This document shows positions 29,744 to 38,756 of a DNA stretch of 64,000 nucleotides, piece by piece. The first letter of the stretch is position 1. Every line of letters begins with the position of its first letter. The DNA lies in the IMG/VR virus record IMGVR_UViG_3300035181_000357, positions 146,612 to 210,611 of that record; one strand, written 5' to 3'. The notes below the pieces were generated by a model. The model worked only from the letters and a program-made list of their open reading frames with translations. It was not told where the DNA came from and made no database searches. A program made the position numbers and the translations under genes.

Positions 29744-30001
29744 ATGATTCAAGAATGGGTTCTACAAACCGTCCTATGTGATGATCCAGGAGCTATGGCA
29801 GTAGATTGGGACACTTTTAATATCGGTGTGGTAGAAGATGGGGTATTCAGGTCGATATACAGTTGCTGGTGTCTCCCTGATGCAGAACATCTGTTATCAG
29901 CATTGCGTTGGTATTCCACATTCTCTAAAGATGGTATCATAAAAGAACCTGTACAACCTGTTCCTCAAACAAAGAAACGAAAGAAAGTATCTGATGTATA
30001 A
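29744..30001 (+). CDS. Hypothetical protein
   Basis: Preceded by hairpin 29701-29724 and TATTATAGAG. Confidence 0.65.
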   Translation: MIQEWVLQTVLCDDPGAMAVDWDTFNIGVVEDGVFRSIYSCWCLPDAEHLLSALRWYSTFSKDGIIKEPVQPVPQTKKRKKVSDV

Positions 30002-32441
30002 TCCTTTAACTGGTTTCGAAAATGATCCAAAGGTATCGAATTGTATTCGTGCTTTCGCTGAACATCCAGAGATTGCTGAAGAGATTAAAGCATACTATAT
30101 CCTAGAAAAGGTAGACGATGATGGATATACAGAAGACCGTCATCTCATAGCAGAAACCACCTGGAAGACTGGTGATTTCATTCATTTCACACATAAGATT
30201 GTAGGTAGAGACTTTCAAGATCCATATGAAGGTCACGAAGGTCCTACTGATGGTAGAGATTTTGAAGGTCAGTTTGCTATAATCCCAAAGAAGAGAGCAA
30301 AGAAGATCATAGATTTTCAGAAAGCTTTAGGAAAAGTTACTAAATATAGAAATCTTGAAGATATCCCAAAGAGAGAAGACATGAAGAAGAAATCTAGACT
30401 AGTGACTAAAAAATCTACCGGACCTACTTTGTATTCAAAGTTAGAAGATATCAAAAATGAAATCGATAAATATCTGAAGTGGGATCATGTCAATGACGAC
30501 ACAAATGAAGATATTCCAGAAGACAATATCACTGCCTCCTATAGACTGTATACAAAAGAAGGAATCATCATATTCTCTGTATCAGTCTTTGATAAGACGA
30601 AGAATGGAAATGAGATCTTCACCGGATTCTCTAAGCCAGGATCCGAACAATTTGAGAACACTGGTCTATATAATTTCAACAACGTGAACAAGATGCTGAA
30701 GAATGTAGCTAATGTCGCAGCTACAAAATATCATATCGAGGAAGCACCTGTCGAAGATCTTCCAGAGATGGGTAACGATGATGACAAAGAATTCCTAAAG
30801 TCGATCGGGATTCGTTCTAGTCAGAAGAAGGCATATGCTCCTAATGTAGCTCAGGCAGCTAACACTTTTTTAGAGAAATACATTGGAAAGATTCTGTCTC
30901 CGAGTGAGTTGAAGGAAGCTATATCTTCCGTATCTAGTTCCTGGAAAGATGTAGTAAACTACATGAAAGATTTCAGTTTGATAGTACCTGATGGGAATAA
31001 TTTTAAGATCTTAAATAGAGATATGGTGGATGACATGAAGATTCGTACTGGTTCAAAACATGCAGCAACTAGCCCAACTCCTCCTGGAGCTGCGTTGGTA
31101 TCAGCGATCAAAAATCGTAAACAGAACCCTGAAGATTTCGAGACATTCAAGGCCTTGTTTAATGCCTTTAAAGAAGATTTCAGTGCAACCAGCGGTCAGG
31201 AAGGATGCTACTACATCATGGAGCGTCTAGGATTCTTAGAGAAGGATATAAATCCTCTCTTAGGTTTGGGTAGTACTGGAACTCCTGAAGAGAAGTTCGT
31301 CAGAAATTATTGGGATGAAGTGAACCGTCAGTATGATGAAAAGAAGAATCAAGATCGTACTACCAAGTATGGCCCAGACTTAGTGGCTCTCTGTAAGGAA
31401 GTTTATGCCTACGCAAACCAGCCTGAGAATTACGAGAATGGCTGGGACACGGTTGCAGAAGCTTGGGACCTAGAAGAACTGGCTGAAGAGATTAAGGACT
31501 GCAAGACCTTGGATGAAGCTCTCTCGATTATGAAGCAATACAAGACAGCATCCTCAAAGACTGGTAAGCAGAAACGCTCGAGATTGATGAAGCGCAGAGC
31601 AGGGATCGAGTTAGATTGGGATCCAGCTACCAGAAGAGACATAGGTAGAGAAGAAGCCAGAGCTAGTGACAAGATCCTAAGAGATCTCGGCACATATGTA
31701 GAGAAATTAAAATCTAGCCTGATACAAAATGGTGTATCTCTTGGCCAAGCTCTATCAAACATGAATCTGAAAGAGTTATTCACCTCTACTGACTATACAA
31801 AGAGATCGCTCGGTAACAAGTTGAGATCACAGACAGAACAGTTCCTAAAGAACTATCCAGAGAAGGAACAGAACTTCTTTAAAGAGAATTATGGACAGAA
31901 CATTTCAGATATTCTAAGAAAAGTGGTAAAGACTAGTAATATAGATCCACAGATGTATGATATCAAACCTGATATCTCTCAAGATGTATTGGAGAAGAAG
32001 TCCATGGATGCAGATCGTTACTATGGTGGACCTGACGAGAGTGGTCCAGATCCCGACGAAGTTACACAAGCACTAGTCTCTAAGTTCCCAATGGCTTTAG
32101 GGTTCATTTCTCAGAAGATAGATCCTCAGAGTCCTGACTGGGATATCATGAATAAAGTCAGTGACGAGATGTATCCAAAGGAATTTATCGACAGAGTAGA
32201 GGTTGATCTTTGGGATGGTGATGACGTATACTATTTCGATTATGATGTAGACGCTTCTGAGATTGAGCAGATCAATGCCAATTTCTTGAAGAGACAACAT
32301 GAGTTGGGTTCTACGAATCCTGAACCTCTCTGCAAGCTCGAACTCGTCCCATATCACGAGCTACCCAATAAGGTCATTGAGAAGCTAGAAGAAGACTTCG
32401 AAGACTATGTGGACCTGGATCCTGAACCATGGGTTGATTAA
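29994..32441 (+). CDS. 815-aa modular acidic protein, candidate processed internal head polyprotein
   Basis: Dissimilar modules joined by K-x-A linkers (SQKKAYA, GSKHAAT, YKTASS, RLMKRRAG). Confidence 0.6.
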   Translation: MYNPLTGFENDPKVSNCIRAFAEHPEIAEEIKAYYILEKVDDDGYTEDRHLIAETTWKTGDFIHFTHKIVGRDFQDPYEGHEGPTDGRDFEGQFAIIPKKRAKKIIDFQKALGKVTKYRNLEDIPKREDMKKKSRLVTKKSTGPTLYSKLEDIKNEIDKYLKWDHVNDDTNEDIPEDNITASYRLYTKEGIIIFSVSVFDKTKNGNEIFTGFSKPGSEQFENTGLYNFNNVNKMLKNVANVAATKYHIEEAPVEDLPEMGNDDDKEFLKSIGIRSSQKKAYAPNVAQAANTFLEKYIGKILSPSELKEAISSVSSSWKDVVNYMKDFSLIVPDGNNFKILNRDMVDDMKIRTGSKHAATSPTPPGAALVSAIKNRKQNPEDFETFKALFNAFKEDFSATSGQEGCYYIMERLGFLEKDINPLLGLGSTGTPEEKFVRNYWDEVNRQYDEKKNQDRTTKYGPDLVALCKEVYAYANQPENYENGWDTVAEAWDLEELAEEIKDCKTLDEALSIMKQYKTASSKTGKQKRSRLMKRRAGIELDWDPATRRDIGREEARASDKILRDLGTYVEKLKSSLIQNGVSLGQALSNMNLKELFTSTDYTKRSLGNKLRSQTEQFLKNYPEKEQNFFKENYGQNISDILRKVVKTSNIDPQMYDIKPDISQDVLEKKSMDADRYYGGPDESGPDPDEVTQALVSKFPMALGFISQKIDPQSPDWDIMNKVSDEMYPKEFIDRVEVDLWDGDDVYYFDYDVDASEIEQINANFLKRQHELGSTNPEPLCKLELVPYHELPNKVIEKLEEDFEDYVDLDPEPWVD

Positions 32442-32467
32442 GTCCACTATCTATAGTAAATAGTAAA

Positions 32468-32500
32468 TTGTCTCCTGGTACCATAAAACGGTAATCTAGT
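32468..32500 (+). promoter_or_regulatory. Early-type promoter TTGTCT-N18-TAATCTAGT
   Basis: Matches the family consensus; GGAGG SD downstream. Confidence 0.8.
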
Positions 32501-32523
32501 CTAGTTCCTTTCTGGAGGTAGAC

Positions 32524-33030
32524 ATGCTGTTAATCAACCAGTGTCCAGTTTGTGGTGCTAGCACTCGTGAACATAAGCCTGGTGGAGAATATCCTGGATA
32601 CAAGGAGACTAGGAACCAGTGTCTTGGTTGTGAACCTGGTCGTCCCAAGCAGATCACGATGCTCTATACCACAAGCGATGCTGGCAACAAGCCTTGCTAC
32701 ACCCATTTCAAGGCGTCTTCTGACTATCGAGAGATCCAGAAGCATCTCCGAGAGAACAGCACAACGATGGGTTTCTCCATCCAGTACGCCTACAATCCTG
32801 ATACCAAGCACGTGGTATCAATCATGGTTAAGGGTAAGATGGGCTTGAAGCTTACCAAGAAATTCGTGGAACTCGGATACAGTGAATGGTTCTATTCTCA
32901 TTCTTTCAGTACCAAGAAATTCCTGCTTCCCAGTGGTGAAGTCGTAACCTTGAAGCCTGAGGACGACCTCGACCTCGTGTCAACAACCGACATAATGCCC
33001 TGGGCACGTGCCTTCGGATATGTCAACTAG
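32524..33030 (+). CDS. Hypothetical protein with N-terminal Zn ribbon
   Basis: CPVC ... CLGC. Confidence 0.7.
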   Translation: MLLINQCPVCGASTREHKPGGEYPGYKETRNQCLGCEPGRPKQITMLYTTSDAGNKPCYTHFKASSDYREIQKHLRENSTTMGFSIQYAYNPDTKHVVSIMVKGKMGLKLTKKFVELGYSEWFYSHSFSTKKFLLPSGEVVTLKPEDDLDLVSTTDIMPWARAFGYVN

Positions 33031-33041
33031 GAGAAGAACAA

Positions 33042-33371
33042 ATGTCTGATTACGATGGAAACGATCTCAGTGTCCTCGCTGTCCTCGGAGTGATCGTCGC
33101 TATCCCCCTAACCATTATCACCACAGGATATACTCTTTCTGTGTTGTGGGGATGGTTCGTCCTTCGACTCTTCCCAAGCCTTCCTCCTCTCTCGATTCCT
33201 CTGGCTGTCGGGTTGTCGATGACAGTTCGCTATGTCACCAACCAGAGCTTCGATTGTGCCAAGGACGATAGCAAGAGTCCAGTCGAAAAGCTGATCTACG
33301 CTATCTTCACTCCCTTCGCCACATGTGGATTCGTACTGTTGTTTGGTTGGATCCTCCTCAAGTTCATGTAA
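33042..33371 (+). CDS. Hypothetical membrane protein
   Basis: Three hydrophobic helices, GGAG SD. Confidence 0.7.
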   Translation: MSDYDGNDLSVLAVLGVIVAIPLTIITTGYTLSVLWGWFVLRLFPSLPPLSIPLAVGLSMTVRYVTNQSFDCAKDDSKSPVEKLIYAIFTPFATCGFVLLFGWILLKFM

Positions 33372-33380
33372 GAGGCTACC

Positions 33381-33635
33381 ATGTTCCATGGAAGTACCAG
33401 GAGTGATTTTGCTCTGAGTATGATTCAGGCTCGAGAGATGAACGTGGATCCTGAGATCATGCGATTGCTCGAAGATTTCGAAGCTGCGTACGAACGAGCT
33501 TTCAAGTTTGCGATCGAACTCAAGAAACATAAGAATTTTGAAGACATCGGTGAACTACTCCGGCTTGAACTTTTCGGAGACAAAGAAGCTATCGATGATC
33601 TCTATAAAGAAATCAAAAACCGAAAGAGGGTGTAG
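33381..33635 (+). CDS. Hypothetical protein
   Basis: 84 aa, GAGG SD. Confidence 0.6.
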   Translation: MFHGSTRSDFALSMIQAREMNVDPEIMRLLEDFEAAYERAFKFAIELKKHKNFEDIGELLRLELFGDKEAIDDLYKEIKNRKRV

Positions 33636-33636
33636 T

Positions 33637-34131
33637 TTGAAGAAGTCGCATAAGGTCATCATCCTGGCTGGTATCCCTGGTTCTGGAAAATCCACCTATA
33701 TTGAAGGTCTGATGAAGACTTTCAGTGAAGACATCTCGGTATCTATCGTGTCTGCCGATCACTATTTCATCAAGTACGGTACGTACAAGTATGTGGCACA
33801 TGATATCCCACATGCTCACAAGCAGTGTCAGAACAGGTTCTCTGACGCTCTGGACATGGACGTTGACGTTATCTTTGTAGACAACACCAACATCCTGAGT
33901 AAGCATCGCAAGCCATACGTCCAGGAGGCTCTGGATTGTGGCTATGAGGTTGAGATTCATGCTCTTCCTGCAGATGTCGAGGCTAGTGCAAGTAGGAACA
34001 TTCACGGTGTGGACCTGGATGTCTGTCAGCGAATGTTCGATTCTTTCGATCTGGAGTTTGGAACTATCTACGACCATAAGCGTCAGAAGATTGGGACTAT
34101 CACCAAGGAACAGGTAGGCTTGAGTGGCTAA
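33637..34131 (+). CDS. P-loop polynucleotide-kinase-like protein (AAA_33 type)
   Basis: GIPGSGKST, VSADHYF, VDNTN, RNIHGV. TTG start inferred. Confidence 0.8.
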   Translation: MKKSHKVIILAGIPGSGKSTYIEGLMKTFSEDISVSIVSADHYFIKYGTYKYVAHDIPHAHKQCQNRFSDALDMDVDVIFVDNTNILSKHRKPYVQEALDCGYEVEIHALPADVEASASRNIHGVDLDVCQRMFDSFDLEFGTIYDHKRQKIGTITKEQVGLSG

Positions 34132-34519
34132 ACAGCTATCATGTGGTGTCCTGGTTACACACAAGAATTCACTTCTTCTATGTCATGTAACTGGGACTTA
34201 CAATCGTTGGGATATTCCTAAAGGAATGCCTAATGATGGAGAAGATCACGTAGCTGCTGCTGTTCGAGAACTCAACGAAGAAACAGGGATTGTACTCGGT
34301 GTTAACTACAGAGAGTTGGGTTACACCGAGTACACCAAGACGAAGGATTTGTTCCTTCTCTACCATGAAGGTCTGTACGAAGTATCGGATATGACCTGTT
34401 TGTCGTTCTTTGAAGATGATCGTCCAGAGATGGATGGTTTTAGGTATTTTGATTTTAATGAAATTGTTGGCCACGTCACACCTAATCTGTATAAGGTATT
34501 GACTAAGTTCTTAGGGTGA
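34124..34519 (+). CDS. Nudix hydrolase
   Basis: WDIPKG-x5-E-x7-RELNEETGI. Confidence 0.9.
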   Translation: MAKQLSCGVLVTHKNSLLLCHVTGTYNRWDIPKGMPNDGEDHVAAAVRELNEETGIVLGVNYRELGYTEYTKTKDLFLLYHEGLYEVSDMTCLSFFEDDRPEMDGFRYFDFNEIVGHVTPNLYKVLTKFLG

Positions 34520-34522
34520 GTT

Positions 34523-35614
34523 ATGGAAAGAAAGCTAGTAACTATTAGAGAGATCGCTGCAGTGAATCCTATCCCCGATGCAGATGCCATCGAGGTGGTA
34601 ACTGTAGATGGATGGAAAGTGGTCTCCAAGAAAAATGAGTTCAAGCCAGGAGATCTCTGCCTATACTTCGAGATCGACAGCTTCCTACCTATCAAGCCAG
34701 AGTATGAGTTTCTGCGTAAGAGTAGCTACAAGAAGGTCATCGATGGTACGGAAGGATTCAGACTCAAGACCGTAAAACTGCGTGGTCAGATCAGCCAAGG
34801 TCTGGTTATGCCTATCTCAGAAGATATTCTGAAGACTCTGGCTCCAGTAGCTAGTTCGGATCTCAGGACTCTTCTGGACCAAGATCTCACCGAGTTGTTT
34901 GGTGTGACCAAGTGGGAGCCACCTCTGTCTGCCTGTCTTTCTGGGTTGGTTAAGGGTAACTTCCCATCACATACTCCGAAGTCTGGCCAGGAGCGTATCC
35001 AGAATCTGAAATACTTCTTCGAACTCTATAAAGATGAAGAGTTCGAGATGAGTCTGAAACTCGATGGAAGTTCATGCACTATGTATTTGGATCGAGAGGA
35101 TGTCTTTGGAGTCTGTTCACGTAATCTGGATCTGAAACCAGACGAGAGCAATAGCTTCTGGAAACAAGCCTATATTCATGGTGTTGAAGACAGACTCAAG
35201 ATAATTCATTCTGTATCTGGGTTGAATCTCAGTATCCAAGCTGAATTGGTTGGGGAAGGAATTCAGGAGAACCACGAGAAGATCAAGGGCCAAGATCTGT
35301 ATGTCTTCAATATCTGGGACCAACACCTCGGACGATCCTTGACCCCATCTGAACGACATGCTACACTGGATGCTCTAAACGATCTCCAGGTCTTAGGTTC
35401 CAAGCCACTTAAACATGTCCCTGTAATTGGGTATGAGAAGGTCTTCACCAAGTATCAGACACTAGAAGCTCTCTTTGAATTCGTGGAAAGCCTAGCTGGG
35501 ATGAATCCTGGTGTAATCCTCGAAGGCGTAGTGTTCAAGAGTGTAAGACCTATAAATGGTAGCATTGTAAGCTTTAAGATCGTCAGCAATAAGTACCTTC
35601 TTTCCAAGAAATAA
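34523..35614 (+). CDS. RNA ligase, Rnl2-like (DRB0094 type) with N-terminal OB domain
   Basis: IPDADAIE N-terminus, KLDGSS (motif I), CSRN, QAELVG, FNI, EGVVFK, FKIVSNKYLL. Confidence 0.88.
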   Translation: MERKLVTIREIAAVNPIPDADAIEVVTVDGWKVVSKKNEFKPGDLCLYFEIDSFLPIKPEYEFLRKSSYKKVIDGTEGFRLKTVKLRGQISQGLVMPISEDILKTLAPVASSDLRTLLDQDLTELFGVTKWEPPLSACLSGLVKGNFPSHTPKSGQERIQNLKYFFELYKDEEFEMSLKLDGSSCTMYLDREDVFGVCSRNLDLKPDESNSFWKQAYIHGVEDRLKIIHSVSGLNLSIQAELVGEGIQENHEKIKGQDLYVFNIWDQHLGRSLTPSERHATLDALNDLQVLGSKPLKHVPVIGYEKVFTKYQTLEALFEFVESLAGMNPGVILEGVVFKSVRPINGSIVSFKIVSNKYLLSKK

Positions 35615-35617
35615 GAA

Positions 35618-35647
35618 TTGTCTGATTTACGAATTATTAAGTAACCT
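35618..35647 (+). promoter_or_regulatory. Early-type promoter ahead of the tRNA array
   Basis: TTGTCT-N18-TAACCT. Confidence 0.65.
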
Positions 35648-35985
35648 AATAATGCCCGACGAAGTTTGCCCTGAAACCAAGTTAGAAATTTCTTGTTCAG
35701 AGCCTGGTTGGTTGGGTAATAAGTGAAGTGAAGCGGCTGAGGCCACCCTGCTCTCTGAAAAATCAATAACTTAATGGTATCGAACGCATCCGAGATTCAG
35801 GTCTCCGATGCTGAGATGAAACCACTACCTTTCCTGAATCTTAGAAATAAGGCTGTCGTGAGACTGCCTGTTTCCGTATGATTGCAGGAGGTTCCAACAA
35901 AATGTGGTCGCAGTTTATGGATGAAACTGCAGATATCTAGTATATGCCTGGTTCTCGATGATCCTATAAAATCGAAAACGAATTT

Positions 35986-36101
35986 GATCCCATAGCTCAG
36001 TTGGACAGAGCAACAGCCTTATCGCACTCCTGACCAGGTGGGTTTGGAACTGCATGGCTCTAAGCTGTAGGTCGCTGGTTCGAGCCCAGCTGGGATCACC
36101 A
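35986..36101 (+). tRNA. tRNA (probably Arg-UCU) with 39-nt insert in anticodon loop
   Basis: All four stems and CCA intact; removing 36021-36059 gives loop CT-TCT-AA; A20 present. Confidence 0.8.
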
Positions 36102-36589
36102 AATTGGTTTCTGGATAGTGTGGCAATGCTGATACTGTTGGTTAGACCTGATACCAACAAAATACCGCTTCTAAGTAGTTGTAGCGGGTAGTCGGATAAC
36201 TACTAGACTCCGACATGTTAACGCTGTTGAAGAGTCCATAACACTTGGTAGCATTACCTAAGTGGCGCGGAGTTTGGACACTGTTAGCTAAACCGCCTAA
36301 TGCTAACAAATACATCTTGGGGAATACTCTCCAGTTCATAATGAAAGATGGTAGTAGGATAGAAACGGGCTAACTCCTACATGTTAACGCTGTTGAGTCT
36401 ATCTTGGTGGGCATCGCTCCCACCAAGATAGACTGTTTTACCTCCTGTCTGAATCGCCCTGATCTCGTGGTACCTGAACTTTATGTCCATCTATATCCTG
36501 CAAATGAACTGTAGACATGGCTACCATCAGGGTTTCGAGACTCAGATCATAGGTATAGAATACTGTATTCAGTGGAGTACCACGATCCT
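36102..36589 (+). ncRNA. Structured non-coding block A (tandem motif, long hairpins)
   Basis: No credible ORF; many helices, including a perfect 15-bp hairpin at 36396-36432. Confidence 0.55.
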
Positions 36590-36664
36590 GTGGCCTTAGC
36601 TCAACGGTAGAGCATCGCCCTTTTAAGGCGAGGGTTGTGGGTTCGAGTCCCACAGGCCACACCA
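36590..36664 (+). tRNA. tRNA-Lys(UUU)
   Basis: Canonical cloverleaf, TCGCC-CTTTTAA-GGCGA, CCA. Confidence 0.95.
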
Positions 36665-37030
36665 TCCGAGGTGGGTTAAGCGTCACTGTGATGGCAGTAC
36701 GGATACCCACAGCATAAACTGCATGATGCTGGTCTTTACCTCCCGATAGTAGAATCTCGAAAGAGACTACTATTATACCCGACAAACCATTCCACTACTG
36801 ACATAGTGGAAACATAAATCGGAGCCGTGTCAGCGGTAATGCGGAACATGAACTATTTGTTGCGATAGTCGTGAGTTCGCCGGGAGTTATTAAATCCCCA
36901 TGTGATGGCTCGTATTAGAGCGAAGGATGCGTAAGCACCCAACAGGCTGAAGATAACACAGCGTATCATATGTTTTTGTTTTAGGAGAGCCCTGTCAGAA
37001 CTCTTCGGAGGAGGGTTAGACTCCCTATTA
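36665..37030 (+). ncRNA. Structured non-coding block B
   Basis: Helices capped by GAAA, GTAA and TTCG tetraloops. Confidence 0.6.
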
Positions 37031-37032
37031 AT

Positions 37033-37108
37033 AGCCCTATAGCTCAGCGGTCAGAGCTGACGGCTCATAACCGTCTGGTCCTAGGTTCGAACCCTAGTGG
37101 GGCTACCA
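37033..37108 (+). tRNA. tRNA(CAU), Ile2/Met elongator type
   Basis: GACGG-CTCATAA-CCGTC, CCA. Confidence 0.9.
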
Positions 37109-37109
37109 A

Positions 37110-37568
37110 ATCGTTTACTAGTTCGATTCTAATAAAAACTAGTCGAGGGGGATGGGTGAAGAATGCTGGTCTCAGGATAGAGACTATTCCCATCGGGTGA
37201 GACCTTATCCAATCTCTTCCTGCAGGAGCCGCGTAAAAAAGTCAAAAGAACCTTGGTGCTACACTATGCGCGAGTTATTGATAAAATCAATAGCGTCTCC
37301 TTTATGGATAGCGGTAGGAATTCGCTGCAAAATCCAAGGCTACCCTACTTAGGCATGCGGTAGGGTAAATTTCTCGAAATCTCAGGTTTCGTTGAACTAC
37401 GAAGTAACTGTACCGTAGTGAGGAATCTGTGACAGCGACATGGGTCGGGCCATGGCTGGCGACACCAGCTAAAAAGATGTTCCTGTGGGAAGGGTAACGT
37501 ATACTTTCTTCAGAAGACGTGCCAGTCCGGCTGGTGTCCAGCATGTATCTACCTCTACTGGACTTAAA
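37110..37568 (+). ncRNA. Structured non-coding block C
   Basis: Dense helices and alternative pairings, no credible ORF. Confidence 0.55.
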
Positions 37569-37653
37569 GCTCCCATGGCGGAATTGGTAGACGCTACGGA
37601 CTTAAAATCCGTCGCCTATGGGCATCCCGGTTCGACTCCGGGTGGGAGCACCA
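37569..37653 (+). tRNA. tRNA-Leu(UAA)
   Basis: Class II cloverleaf, CCA. Confidence 0.95.
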
Positions 37654-37832
37654 AACTGTTCTCTGTTACAGTCTTAACAGAGTGGTCCAGGCGGGGAAAT
37701 TCCCCATCCGTAGTCCCTATGCTACAGAAGGTCATAGGGTGGTGGAGGCGGTGTGACCTCGGTCATGCTTCTAGGTGTCGGGTGCGTAAGCAACATGACT
37801 CGAGTCAGATCCTCTAAGTCTGACATATTTCT

Positions 37833-38170
37833 GGGCCTGACAAGGTTTCGACAGGTTGTTAGCTTGGGATTGCGGTGCAGGGACTGGTTGATCAGCAGGC
37901 CAGTATAAAAGCAGATCAAACTTTAATTGCCGAGCCACAGCTCGCACTAGCAGCTTAAACACTGCTACGAGGAACCGCGAGAGGACAGTAGCGGGGAATC
38001 GTCACCACCGTCCTAGTTTCTACTAAGAGTTCGGGTAAGTAGGAGCGAAACTACGCGATCAAACGATAGTAGGCTGTCAGTCGCCGACCTATCGAGACCA
38101 GACTGACTAACCCTGTGAATGACTTCAATACAACTCTTCTTGGACGTGGGTTCGAATCCCACCAGGTCCA
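37833..38170 (+). ncRNA. ssrA: tmRNA, tag AEPQLALAA
   Basis: GGGCCTG..GGTTTCGAC 5' end, T arm, G3.U70 pair, tag ORF 37929-37958; CCA not encoded. Confidence 0.93.
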
Positions 38171-38676
38171 CATCGGTAGACTTCCTAGTTCTTACGGAGA
38201 ATAGGAACATGGAAGTCTACCATACAACCCTCTAAGATAATGGATGGACAAGAGGTAGGAAATTCCCTAGCGATAGGGATTAAGATCGGCGAGTGCCGAT
38301 ATACGGAGGTAGTTATGGCTACTGAACCAGAGGACAACGACGGTCTACTCGGGACCGAGCGTGAATCAGATGAAGAAGGTTGTCCAGATTATGACAAGGA
38401 CGACGACGAGTAACACTGTACCATAATACCGGGGATGGGGACGACAGGCCCATACAAAGCAGATCCATAGTGTAAAAACTATGGGTGATGAAAGTCTGCC
38501 ATGTCAGTTGATTCTCTAGACTGACAAACCTTAAGTTGGATGCAAACGGAAGACGACTCGCCATCGACCCCAGGCACATGGGGAACCACGGCCTTTCCCA
38601 GATAGCGTAGTGGCCCTACGACGATGCGTGGAAGGTGGGATTATTCCCTTAAAAGCACTGTGTCATCCAACTACTT
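38171..38676 (+). ncRNA. Structured non-coding block E
   Basis: Many helices, including long-range GTTGGATG/CATCCAAC. Confidence 0.55.
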
Positions 38677-38754
38677 GATCCCATCGTCTAAACTGGTTTA
38701 GGACAGTAGCCTCTCAAGCTGCAGATCCGGGTTCGAATCCCGGTGGGACCACCA
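38677..38754 (+). tRNA. tRNA-Glu(CUC)
   Basis: GTAGC-CTCTCAA-GCTGC, CCA. Confidence 0.9.
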
Positions 38755-38756
38755 AG

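Noticed and set aside
35986-36101. Group I intron explanation for the tRNA insert
   Set aside because: 39 nt cannot hold a group I core.
38490-38520. Hammerhead ribozyme from GTGATGAAAG
   Set aside because: Lacks CUGAUGA and the three-helix arrangement.
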